From an uncultured archaeon (GTDB taxonomy: Archaea > Iainarchaeota > Iainarchaeia > Iainarchaeales > Iainarchaeaceae): a stretch of 32,000 bases of DNA. Numbering within the stretch: position 1 is the first letter of the stretch; the number at the start of each line of letters is the position of its first letter. Location of the stretch: NCBI GenBank assembly GCA_964577555.1, contig CAZNZM010000008.1:18495-50494 (forward strand). The letters are read 5' to 3'. Position numbers and translations under genes: made by a program. This document shows positions 1-7,945 of this stretch, piece after piece. The notes below the pieces were generated by a model that made no database searches, had not been told where the DNA came from, and saw only the letters and a program-made list of their open reading frames with translations.

Positions 1-843
1 TTCTTGGGCTCTTCTGAGCCTATACTCTTCTACTTGTCCAGGCGCAACGAATTTTCCTATTTTGTCAAGAGCTTCCTTTTCACTCTTCACCATCAAATTT
101 TCAAGGTTTATAAGCACATCATTCTGTATTTCTTTTTGGTCAATAAACGCCTCTCTAATGCTTTGGCTGGATTTCAAACCCAACGCTTTCAACAAAACAA
201 AAAGCTTCAATTTTCTTGGCGATGAAGGAAAAGTTACAGTCAATATTCCGTCAGGCGCCCTCATTATTCTCACTCTTCCCTTGAAAGCACCTCTCGTACT
301 AATAACTTCCGCCACAGTCTTATCAGTTTGCTCCGAAACTATGACTCTGTCAGACGCAAGGACCTCTTGAGTCATGAGAGCTTTTTCCGAGCCATTGATG
401 ATAAAGTACCCGCCAAAATCCATTGGGTCTTCGCCCATCTCAATAAGCTCTTCATCAGTCTTGCCGTCAAGCCAGCACAACTTTGACTTTAACATTACGG
501 GCAATTCGCCTACATAAGTTTCTTTTCTGTCCTGCTCAACATCTCTTCTCAAAAGCTTCATAGTGAGATAAATAGGCGCGGAATAAGTTCTGTTTCTCAT
601 TCTTGCCTCCATTGGCAAAAACTTGTTTCTTGGGCTTCCATCAGCTTCCACAATTCTTGGCTTTTGTGTTACAATCTTTTCAAACTCAATCCTGACTTCC
701 TCTATTTTTGGAGTAACCTCGTTGTTTTCATGAATAATTTCAGGCAATTTCTTTTCAACAAATTGGTTAAAAGAATCTATTTCCATTTGGCTAATTTTTC
801 TATCCCTAAAATAAGCATCAATCAAACCCCAACCATCTATCAT
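1..843 (-). CDS. rpoB: DNA-directed RNA polymerase subunit B (Rpo2), N-terminal part. The gene runs off the left edge of the window.
   Basis: Absent from the ORF track because it is truncated. Manual reverse translation from the ATG (complement of 841-843) gives MIDGWGLIDAYFRDRKISQMEIDSFNQFVEKKLPEII...ARMRNRTYSAPIYL...GELPVMLKSKLCWL...DFGGYFIINGSEKALMTQE..., open for 281 codons to position 1. These are conserved N-terminal blocks of the second-largest RNAP subunit. The start overlaps the rpoH stop (ATGA), and rpoH-rpoB is the canonical archaeal order. Confidence 0.9.
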   Translation of the reverse strand, partial: MIDGWGLIDAYFRDRKISQMEIDSFNQFVEKKLPEIIHENNEVTPKIEEVRIEFEKIVTQKPRIVEADGSPRNKFLPMEARMRNRTYSAPIYLTMKLLRRDVEQDRKETYVGELPVMLKSKLCWLDGKTDEELIEMGEDPMDFGGYFIINGSEKALMTQEVLASDRVIVSEQTDKTVAEVISTRGAFKGRVRIMRAPDGILTVTFPSSPRKLKLFVLLKALGLKSSQSIREAFIDQKEIQNDVLINLENLMVKSEKEALDKIGKFVAPGQVEEYRLRRAQE

Positions 844-1097
844 TCAACCACCCTGAAATAGACAGATTTGCCGGCAGTAGGGCTGTTTCTCGTGATTTTA
901 ATAATGTCCCCTTTTTTGGCTCCTATTTCAACTATTGCAGGATCATCTTTCAAAATTCGCGGCAACTTTTCAATATTAGAACCATATTTAGCAAGCACTT
1001 CGCCAACCTTATTCTCTGGCACAATCTCATGCTTAGGAACCAGAAAATGCTGTGAAACCTTTTCCAATCCCAAGCCAACCAACCCCAAAAAAACCAA
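840..1097 (-). CDS. rpoH: DNA-directed RNA polymerase subunit H (Rpo5)
   Basis: The block HFLVPKHEIVPENKVGEVLAKYGSNIEKLPRILKDDPAIVEIGAKKGDIIKITRNSPTAGKSVYFRVV matches the RpoH/Rpb5 C-terminal domain pattern (LVPKHE...LP.I...DP....GAK.GD...I.R.SPTAG). There is no in-frame ATG. The start is TTG at 1097 or, more like known RpoH lengths, TTG at 1067. Confidence 0.9.
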   Translation of the reverse strand: MVFLGLVGLGLEKVSQHFLVPKHEIVPENKVGEVLAKYGSNIEKLPRILKDDPAIVEIGAKKGDIIKITRNSPTAGKSVYFRVVE

Positions 1098-1299
1098 CCC
1101 TTAAACCCAAATTTCTGGCTGCAAAATGCGGTTTAGGTGAAAAAACCCAAAAACCAAATGTAACAACCAGAAAGCGTGAATCCAAAACTACTATTAAATT
1201 AATAGAAAGGAATTTAAAGGTAACACAAAAAGCCAAATTTAATAATTTTGATTGTCTTAAATTTGTAGAAATGACTTTTTGCTATTAATTGCACAAAAG

Positions 1300-1826
1300 A
1301 TTTGTTGGTTTTTTACCAGCTTTTTTTGTTTTGCAAGTCAAACGGTTTTTATTGTTTTTTTTTAGTTTTTTTGGAAAGTATTTTATTTTCTTAGCTGTTT
1401 TTTTTGTGTTTTTTTTTGTCAATTTTTTTTTGTTTTTTTTTTTTGGCGGGTTGTTTTTTTTGTGGTCTTTTTTTTTGTTATTTTTTTTTGAGCCGTTTTT
1501 TTTGTCTTTTTTTTTGTGTTTTTTTTTGTCAATTTTTTTTGTTTTTTCGAACCAAATTTTTTTGTTTTAAACTTTTTTGTTTTTTTTACCAAGTTTTTTC
1601 TTTGAGGTTTTATTTTTTTGTTTTTGACATTGTTTTTTTTGGCGAGCGTTTTTTTGTCAATTTTTTTGATTTATTTTATTTTTTGTTTTTGTTGGCTTGG
1701 TTTTTTTTGTTGAGCCAATGTTGTTTTTTTTGGAAATTGTTTTTTTCTTTTTGGTTTGGATTGTCTTTTTTGCGAGCCGTTTTTTTTAGTCGGTTTATTT
1801 TCTTGGTGCTTTGATTTTTTAGCTGT
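1300..1826 (+). repeat. Strand-asymmetric oligo(T) array A with recurring GC-words. Non-coding.
   Basis: More than 35 T6-T13 runs on the + strand are separated by short G/C-containing words. A 26-nt unit GTGTTTTTTTTTGTCAATTTTTTTT occurs twice (about 1406-1431 and 1516-1540). A word family is present: GGCGGG, GAGCCG, GGCGAGCG, GAGCCAATG, TGCGAGCCG. The only ORFs are poly-Phe artefacts. Confidence 0.8.
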
Positions 1827-1916
1827 TTGCGGCAACATTTTCAATTTGTTTCCGCCACAAGATACTTTTTTTTGTTATGCTACTCTTTTTTAAGTAGTTC
1901 GCTTGTGTTTTTTTTT

Positions 1917-2567
1917 ATGAAAGAAGAGAATATAAGCTTGACAATATTGTTGGCGAAAAAAGCCGGCTTTGGAAAGAAATTCATGTTTTCCACTTCAAGC
2001 CTTGCCGAGATTACGGGGTATTCCCAGCAATCAATTTCAAGAAAATTAAGGGAAATGGAAGCAGATGGAATCATTTCAAGAAAGCCCTCGCCTTCGGGAA
2101 TTGAAATCCTGTTTACCGAAAAAGGCAGAAAGGAATTGGAATCGTTGTATTTAGAGCTTTCCGATTTGTTTTCAATAAAAAAGAAAAAAGAGTTGCAAGG
2201 AAAGGTGATTGACGGACTTGGCGAAGGAAAATATTACACTCAAATACCTCAATATAAATCTCAATTCAAAGAACTTTTCGGTATTGACTTGTATCCAGGT
2301 ACTTTGAATCTTTCAGTAGACCCTGACGAAAGATCTGCATTCCTATCAACTACTCCATTAAAAGTGAATGGTTTTCAGGATAAAGACCGGACATTTGGCG
2401 GAATAGATTGCTGGCAAGTAAAACTCAATGGTTCGGAATATGCAGTCGCAATAATACCTCACAGAACAAATCACCCAAAAAATGTGATTGAAGTGGTTTC
2501 AAGCTTCAACCTCAGAAAAAAATTGAATTTGAAAAACAATTCTGTTGTAAAAATGGTGATGGCATGA
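1917..2567 (+). CDS. rbkR: HTH-fused CTP-dependent riboflavin kinase (RbkR-type regulator/kinase)
   Basis: The C-terminal half (GKVIDGLGEGKYYTQIPQYKSQFKELFGIDLYPGTLNLSV...) matches the archaeal RibK (MJ0056) signature G.V.SGLGEG.Y....PY...F...LG..PY.GTLNL. The N-terminus (LAEITGYSQQSISRKLREMEADGII) is a winged-HTH. The likely start is ATG 1917, not the TTG at 1827, which lies inside the T array. The stop overlaps the ribC start (ATGA). Confidence 0.8.
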   Translation: MKEENISLTILLAKKAGFGKKFMFSTSSLAEITGYSQQSISRKLREMEADGIISRKPSPSGIEILFTEKGRKELESLYLELSDLFSIKKKKELQGKVIDGLGEGKYYTQIPQYKSQFKELFGIDLYPGTLNLSVDPDERSAFLSTTPLKVNGFQDKDRTFGGIDCWQVKLNGSEYAVAIIPHRTNHPKNVIEVVSSFNLRKKLNLKNNSVVKMVMA

Positions 2568-3070
2568 AAAACAAAAAAAACTCAAAACCAATAAAAATAG
2601 CTGTTGTGGACACAATGTTCAGTCGAGGCGACATGGCGCCAGTTGCAATAAACACGATGGAGGCAATGGCCAAAGAAAACAATTGGAAAATAGAAATTGT
2701 CAGAAAAACTGTGCCAGGCGTGAAAGATATTCCTGTGGCAATGCTCAATTTGCTTGAAAAAGGATGCGACGCAGGAATATGTTTCGGCATGCCAGGGAGC
2801 GAACCAATAGACAAAACATGTTCCCACGAAGCATCGTTAGGCATACAACAAGTTCAATTAATGACAAGAAAAACGGTTCTTGAAGTATTTGTGCATGAAG
2901 ATGAAGCAAGCAACGGCGAAGAACTCGGCAGGCTGATGTACAACCGCTCCGAAAAGCATGCAAAAAATCTCATGTGGATGATTTTCAAGCCAGAAGAACT
3001 TTTAAAAAGAGCCGGTACTGGAGAAAGGCAAGGAAGAGAAAACGCTTGGACAGTAGATGTCAAACCATGA
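2564..3070 (+). CDS. ribC: Archaeal-type riboflavin synthase (pentameric, lumazine-synthase-like)
   Basis: The blocks VDTMFSRGDMA...RKTVPGVKDIPVA...GMPG...CSHEASLG..QLMT...EVFVHEDEA...FKPEELLKRAGTGERQG follow the M. jannaschii MJ1184 riboflavin synthase sequence block by block. A GGTGA Shine-Dalgarno-like element precedes the ATG. Confidence 0.85.
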   Translation: MKNKKNSKPIKIAVVDTMFSRGDMAPVAINTMEAMAKENNWKIEIVRKTVPGVKDIPVAMLNLLEKGCDAGICFGMPGSEPIDKTCSHEASLGIQQVQLMTRKTVLEVFVHEDEASNGEELGRLMYNRSEKHAKNLMWMIFKPEELLKRAGTGERQGRENAWTVDVKP

Positions 3071-3088
3071 TTTACCCAGGTGCCAAAA

Positions 3089-3493
3089 ATGAAAGTCATG
3101 AAAATAGGAATTGTTATTGCGGATTTTTATCCAGAAATAGCCAGTGAAATGCTTTCCGAAGCACAAAACGCAGCCAAAGAAAAAGGCATAAAAGTAGTTG
3201 CAGTTTCAAAAGTGGTTGGCGCATTTGACATTCCTATTGCGCTAAAAAGAATTCTTGAACGGAGAGATGTAAATGCAGCAGTAGTTCTGGGAGCGGTTGT
3301 GCAGGGCGAAACATCACATGACGAAGTAGTCGCATATACTTCTGCTGAAAAAATATTGTCTCTATCGCTTCAATACAACAAACCAGTTGGCTACGGCGTT
3401 TCAGGTCCAAGAATGACGATTGCACAAGCAAAAGCAAGAGCCAAAGAGTTTGCAAGAAGAGCCGTTGAAGCAATTTTTATCAGGCAATCCTAA
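3089..3493 (+). CDS. ribH: 6,7-dimethyl-8-ribityllumazine synthase
   Basis: KIGIVIADFYPEIASEML...VSKVVGAFDIPIALKRIL...VLGAVVQGETSHDEVV fits the lumazine synthase fold and signature (VPGA.E.P......LG.VIRG.T.HF). The ORF track starts at GTG 3080, but AGGTG at 3078-3082 sits 6 nt before ATG 3089, so 3089 is favoured. Confidence 0.85.
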   Translation: MKVMKIGIVIADFYPEIASEMLSEAQNAAKEKGIKVVAVSKVVGAFDIPIALKRILERRDVNAAVVLGAVVQGETSHDEVVAYTSAEKILSLSLQYNKPVGYGVSGPRMTIAQAKARAKEFARRAVEAIFIRQS

Positions 3494-3495
3494 AA

Positions 3496-3972
3496 CTATT
3501 TGCTTTTTCTTGGCTTAACTTTATATCTATTTTCTTTAAAGTCATACTCTAAAGTCGGCAAATCCCAAAAATAAAGCCCGTTTTCAGGATCAAAAACCCT
3601 TCTTTCAACTATTAGCACTTCATTTTCATTTTCTTTAAAGTAGCAAGTCTCCCTTAATATCAATTCCATAACCTTATTTCTTATTTTGATTTTTTGAATA
3701 GACCAGACTTCTTGAGTAAAAACTTTGCCAGCAAATCTCTTTTCAGGCATGACAAAAGCATAATGCGGGTCAAGAGGACTTGCCAGTGATGGATCTTTTT
3801 CTTTCCACCAACCCATACTTTGCATGGTTGCAGGCGCCGATTCGGATTTCAAAATTTTAAGAATTCTATTCGGTACTTTTTCTCCTGGAAAAGCAATTAA
3901 TCTTCTTAAAAAAACAACAACTCTGTGCTTGGCCGTTTTAATAAAAGATTTGAATTTTGGAAATGGCCTCAT
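3496..3972 (-). CDS. Hypothetical protein (158 aa), family not recognised
   Basis: Long ORF. The track's 229-aa version would overlap ogg by about 190 nt. The internal ATG at 3972 (MRPFPKFKSF...) gives a clean divergent arrangement with ogg. I recognise no motif. Confidence 0.5.
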   Translation of the reverse strand: MRPFPKFKSFIKTAKHRVVVFLRRLIAFPGEKVPNRILKILKSESAPATMQSMGWWKEKDPSLASPLDPHYAFVMPEKRFAGKVFTQEVWSIQKIKIRNKVMELILRETCYFKENENEVLIVERRVFDPENGLYFWDLPTLEYDFKENRYKVKPRKSK

Positions 3973-4012
3973 AATTAAATAATCTTTTACACTAAACTTG
4001 TTTTTAGTATTT

Positions 4013-4645
4013 ATGTCGCAAAATTTGTTGTCAAAAATTTCAGAAATTAAAAAAAGTCCGGTGTCAATTGAAATAATGGAAAGATACCGCCAATTCAAAT
4101 CTTTTTCCTCAAAAAATGAAGAGGATTGGTTTTCCGAACTTTGTTTTTGCATTACCACTGCAAATTCCAGCGCAGAAACAGGCATAAAAATACAAAATGC
4201 CTTGGGCTTTGAAGGATTTTATTATTTGCCACAACAAGACTTGGCTAAAAAATTGAAATTATTAGGATACCGGTTTTACAACAAGCGAGCACAATACATT
4301 TGTGAAGCCAGAAAACATTTCGGAATCAAGAAAAAACTTTCAAATTTCAAATCAGACAGGGAAAAAAGATTTTATCTTGTTGAAAATGTAAAAGGTTTTT
4401 CATTCAAAGAAGCATCGCATTTCCTTCGCAACACAGGACATGACAATTGCGCAATCCTTGACAGGCACATACTCCGCATAATGTACGAAAACGGTTTTAT
4501 TCTGGAAGTGCCTAAATATTTGCCGCCAAAAAAATACTTGGAATATGAAAAAATACTTGACTCTTTTTCAGAAATGGCTGGCCTGAATCATTCCTTGCTG
4601 GACCTTTACCTTTGGTTCATGCGCACTGGAAAAATATTAAAATAA
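4013..4645 (+). CDS. ogg: 8-oxoguanine DNA glycosylase/AP lyase, archaeal Ogg2 type
   Basis: FKSFSSKNEEDWFSELCFCITTANSSAE...YRFYNKRAQYI...KGFSFKEASHFLRNTGHDNCAILDRHILR...LDLYLWFMRTGKILK is near-colinear with M. jannaschii Ogg (MJ0724), including the HhH-GPD-like KEASHFLRN and DRHIL blocks. Start taken as ATG 4013. Confidence 0.85.
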   Translation: MSQNLLSKISEIKKSPVSIEIMERYRQFKSFSSKNEEDWFSELCFCITTANSSAETGIKIQNALGFEGFYYLPQQDLAKKLKLLGYRFYNKRAQYICEARKHFGIKKKLSNFKSDREKRFYLVENVKGFSFKEASHFLRNTGHDNCAILDRHILRIMYENGFILEVPKYLPPKKYLEYEKILDSFSEMAGLNHSLLDLYLWFMRTGKILK

Positions 4646-4677
4646 TCCAAAGAGAATTTGAATACATCTAATAATAT

Positions 4678-5403
4678 TCAAAGACCTTTCATTTTACGCA
4701 TTTTCAAGAAATGATTCCAAGCCGCTTCCAAATCACTTTCAACCACGTCCGGCCAATATTTTTTTATGTGATAATATTCAGAGTATGCGCTTTGCCACAA
4801 AAGAAAACCGCTTTTTGCTTCTCTTTCAGCTTCTTCTTCGCCAGTCCTTATTATCAAATCACAACTGGATTGCACTCCCAAGTGCCTTATGACATCTTTT
4901 TCAGTCAATCCGAAAAACAAATTTTTTATTCTGTTCATCGGCGAACTGACGCTTCTAAGTATTTCCGATTGTCCAGTATAACCTATTAGTATGTTCAATA
5001 CTTTGTTTCCGTAATATTTTGTTTCGGTTTTGAGTTGTTTGCAAACTTCGATTATGTTTGACGGAATTTTGTCTTCCCGTGTTGAAACAACATTTACTTT
5101 AACTTTATTGTCGTGCAATTCTTTTGATTTCAAGAGTTTTTGAAGTTTTATATAATAAATTTCATAAAGGTTTGAAAGTTCCCTTTCGTTTCTTTTGAAG
5201 TTTTCCTCGCTCAAAGCATAAATGCTGCATTCCCCTATTTCCTTTTTTTCCATTGCCCAATCCACTAGTTTTTCAATTGTTTCCGCGCCTTTTTTATGCC
5301 CTTCCATAGGATCCAAACCGTGTTCCAATGCCCATCTCCTGTTGCCGTCAGGAATTATGCCAACATGATACAAGCCATTGTACATATCTAAAAAACACTT
5401 CAT
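4678..5403 (-). CDS. uppS: cis-prenyltransferase (undecaprenyl/dolichyl-type diphosphate synthase)
   Basis: Hallmark motifs HVGIIPDGNRRWA, IYALSEENF.R and the C-terminal IRTG...FLLWQSAYSE are present. There is a small acidic insertion (EEEAEREAK) where the R-x-S-N-F loop normally sits. Confidence 0.9.
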   Translation of the reverse strand: MKCFLDMYNGLYHVGIIPDGNRRWALEHGLDPMEGHKKGAETIEKLVDWAMEKKEIGECSIYALSEENFKRNERELSNLYEIYYIKLQKLLKSKELHDNKVKVNVVSTREDKIPSNIIEVCKQLKTETKYYGNKVLNILIGYTGQSEILRSVSSPMNRIKNLFFGLTEKDVIRHLGVQSSCDLIIRTGEEEAEREAKSGFLLWQSAYSEYYHIKKYWPDVVESDLEAAWNHFLKMRKMKGL

Positions 5404-5508
5404 AATAATATATAAATCAAATCTTTTTAGCAGTGTTGAAAATTTTTTGTTTGTTGTAAAATCGTGTTTTTTTTAGAAGTTCATCTGTTTTTTGTCCTTA
5501 TAAATTCC

Positions 5509-6684
5509 TTACCAACCATAATGTTCTGCTTTGCTATAACCAAGAGATTTCATTGCGGCTATAAATCCTTTCAAGAATATTGTCGGCTTTTTTGAGAAAA
5601 CTTTGAGCCCGAATTTCATTTTTTCAAAATAATTGAAGTTGTCAAATGTGTCAGGCAAAGAATTTCCTATTATATTTAATTCTTCATCTGTAAAACCATA
5701 TAATGCGTTTTTTCCTTTTATTATTTTTGAATACTCGGGAAATTCAGCTTTCCAGAGTTTTTCGTATTTTGAAAAAGTTTCTTTTGAAAAATCGTTTTTG
5801 TCAATCGCTTCTTTTGCAACTTCCGCGGCAAATTGTCCGCTCTTCAAGCCCAAATGCGAACCACCTTCAAACAATGGCGAAGTAAAACCCGCAGCGTCTC
5901 CAACTAACATCAAGCCTTCATCATAAGTGTTTTTAACAGGCCCAGAAGCAGGAATCAAGCCTCCAAAAACCTTGATTCTTTCCTTGTCTTTCCATCCTTT
6001 TTTTTCTATGAACACCTCGTTATATGCTTTTGCTTTGTTTTTGTCAGTAGTAACCAATCCAACATTTGCGCGCATATCTTTTTTTGGTATCATCCACAAA
6101 TAGCCATGAGGCGCCAATTTAGGCCAAATATAAAAATCTATGTAATTGTCTCTTTCAATTCCTTTAAGTTCATATTGTATGCCTATTACTGATTCAAACC
6201 TGTTATTTAACCCTATTTTTCTTGAAACAACACTTGCAACCCCTGAAGCATCAACCACTATTTTTGCTTTGAAAATACCTTTGTTTGTTTCGACTTCCCA
6301 AATTCCTTTTTCTTTTTTTATATTATCCATTCTCGTCGAAAGCCTTAGTTCGGCTCCACTCTTTACTGCTTCTCCTGAAAGCCATTGTTCAAAAAGATGC
6401 TTTTCAAGAACAAAACCCTTTTCGTTGAGTATGGTGCCCTTTCCATTAGGCCAAATAATCCTTATGCCATCTACATGAGACGAGATAACTTCTTCAGGAA
6501 TTTTTATGTTTGTATTAGTAGTGGCAAGCAGTGAAAGACATTCACCACAATGCACTGGCTCGCCTACTTTGTCATGTTCTTCAATAATTATAACCTTCAA
6601 ACCATTCCTTGCACAATGCAATGCAGCCGAGCCTCCAGCAGGACCAGCCCCTATTACTAAAACGTCATAAATTTTTTCTTCCAT
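5509..6684 (-). CDS. Geranylgeranyl reductase family flavoprotein (digeranylgeranylglycerophospholipid reductase-like)
   Basis: N-terminal FAD fold YDVLVIGAGPAGGSAA, followed by VGEPVHCGECLS (compare RCGEGLS in archaeal GGR) and LVGDAAGF. Start taken as ATG 6684 rather than GTG 6693. Confidence 0.85.
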   Translation of the reverse strand: MEEKIYDVLVIGAGPAGGSAALHCARNGLKVIIIEEHDKVGEPVHCGECLSLLATTNTNIKIPEEVISSHVDGIRIIWPNGKGTILNEKGFVLEKHLFEQWLSGEAVKSGAELRLSTRMDNIKKEKGIWEVETNKGIFKAKIVVDASGVASVVSRKIGLNNRFESVIGIQYELKGIERDNYIDFYIWPKLAPHGYLWMIPKKDMRANVGLVTTDKNKAKAYNEVFIEKKGWKDKERIKVFGGLIPASGPVKNTYDEGLMLVGDAAGFTSPLFEGGSHLGLKSGQFAAEVAKEAIDKNDFSKETFSKYEKLWKAEFPEYSKIIKGKNALYGFTDEELNIIGNSLPDTFDNFNYFEKMKFGLKVFSKKPTIFLKGFIAAMKSLGYSKAEHYGW

Positions 6685-6866
6685 ATAAAACACTTTTTGT
6701 ATTTTTATTTAAAACCAATTAATAGTGGTTATAAATTTAAATGTCATGTTAATTTAGTTGCTGTTTGCGAATAAACTGTTAAAAATTTTTGTTGCATTTG
6801 TCAATACTTTTTCCAATTTTTTTAGTTCGGATATTTAAACAGTAACTCAATTATTTTATTTGATTT

Positions 6867-7784
6867 ATGAGAATAAGATTTCCAAGGTTCAGGGACATAA
6901 GGTCAAAACTTTATTCTGCAAAACTTTTAGGCAACGTCGTAAAAAACTCTTTAATGTTCAAGATTAGACGTGGCACAATGCCAAGATTCAGGTCAAAAGA
7001 ATTTGACACTTTAATAGTTGATATGGACGGAACCCTTTACAGAACCGACGCCAACCTTGAAGCATTGGTTTTAGCATATCCAGAAAAGCTTGAAACAGGC
7101 AAGACTGCAGGAGAAGAAATTTTTGATTCCATAATTTCAAAGATAGCATCAGGAGAATACAGCATTGAAAAAGCAATTCTGGAAGGCAACAAATTTCTCA
7201 TGGCTCGAAAAATAAAAAAACAAGACTTTCATAAGATTGTTGATATAATAAAGCCAACGCTGAGAAAATCTCTTATAAAAGCGCTTGGAGACATTAAAGC
7301 AGAAGGCAAAACCATAATACTTGCAACGCTTTCGTCAAAAGACTTCGGCGAAATGGTAAATTCTTACCTAAAACTCAAGTACAATTTTGAGTTTGACATT
7401 GTTGTAGGAACAGAATTAAGATTTGAAGAAGACGGCTCTATATCAGGAATAAAATCTATTGTCGGCACGAAAGATTTCACATTTGAAGGAATACCAGTAA
7501 AATCAAAACTTTCAGCAGTTAAAGAAGCCATTTCCATTGCAGGAAAGCAATTTAATCCTAAAAGAACTGTCCTGATTACAGACGGCTATGGCGACATTGA
7601 TATAGCCAAATCATTAGTAACCATATTGATAAAACAGCATAATCCAAGCACTGCACAGAAAATATCTTATCGCTTGGGACTTGCAGATTACATTCTTCCA
7701 GACAATCGCGACCTAATAATTAATCTAAAATCAATAGTGCTAGGCGCAGAACTAAAAGAACCGGAAGCCAACCAAAACACTTGA
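6867..7784 (+). CDS. HAD-superfamily hydrolase (HAD-IB / phosphoserine-phosphatase-like)
   Basis: Motif I is LIVDMDGTL, motif II is ILATLSS, and motif III/IV is K...ITDGYGDIDIA. The start is ambiguous: ATG 6867 or ATG 6978 (MPRFRSKEFDTLIVDMDG). Confidence 0.7.
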   Translation: MRIRFPRFRDIRSKLYSAKLLGNVVKNSLMFKIRRGTMPRFRSKEFDTLIVDMDGTLYRTDANLEALVLAYPEKLETGKTAGEEIFDSIISKIASGEYSIEKAILEGNKFLMARKIKKQDFHKIVDIIKPTLRKSLIKALGDIKAEGKTIILATLSSKDFGEMVNSYLKLKYNFEFDIVVGTELRFEEDGSISGIKSIVGTKDFTFEGIPVKSKLSAVKEAISIAGKQFNPKRTVLITDGYGDIDIAKSLVTILIKQHNPSTAQKISYRLGLADYILPDNRDLIINLKSIVLGAELKEPEANQNT

Positions 7785-7945
7785 TGCCATGCTTTGCATT
7801 TTTTTGTTTTAGAAATTCAATTTTTTATTTTTTTTAATTTGAATTGTTATTTTTTGCCATTTTCAAAATCATTTTTTTTATATTAAATTCCGTTTTTAAA
7901 TTTTTTAAAACTTTGATTATTTTCCGATTTTATTTTTTCAAATTT

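Noticed and set aside
1415-1423. The word TTGTCAA as an enriched intergenic motif (it also occurs near 1528, 1656, 23635, 25672 and 30486)
   Set aside because: The same heptamer is common on the + strand inside minus-strand coding regions, for example near 62, 5800, 11225, 12125, 21075 and 21845. It is therefore not specific, unlike TTTTTGCGAGCC and GTTAGCCAAA.
1289-1814. ORFs 1289-1570 and 1404-1814 (and 20392-20607), which encode poly-Phe/Leu/Cys proteins
   Set aside because: They are translation artefacts of the oligo(T) arrays (TTT = Phe). They have alternative-codon starts, no recognisable domain and no ribosome-binding context.
1300-1826. The T-rich arrays as a CRISPR array or as a replication origin
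   Set aside because: There is no constant-length repeat/spacer organisation and no cas genes. I recognise no ORB or mini-ORB-like inverted elements and no orc1/cdc6 nearby. The extreme T-versus-A strand asymmetry is unlike a typical AT-rich unwinding element.
1880-1897. CTACT-N8-AGTAG inverted repeat as an RbkR operator
   Set aside because: It has only 5-bp arms, which is too weak to call without comparative data. It is mentioned under the riboflavin finding only.
2512-3473. Antisense ORFs within ribC and ribH (2512-2844, 2582-2827, 2745-2963, 2854-3099, 3234-3473) and similar antisense ORFs inside other confident genes
   Set aside because: They overlap strongly supported genes on the opposite strand. 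They have no recognisable motifs and show odd composition.
3973-4185. The N-terminal 71-aa extension of the minus-strand ORF 3496-4185
   Set aside because: It would overlap the well-supported ogg gene by ~170 nt on the opposite strand. The internal ATG at 3972 gives a normal divergent arrangement.
4850-4900. The acidic insertion (EEEAEREAK) and R-to-K change in the UppS IRTG...FLLWQ loop as evidence of altered function
   Set aside because: It is a small loop variation in an otherwise fully canonical cis-prenyltransferase. Without an alignment it is not enough to claim anything.
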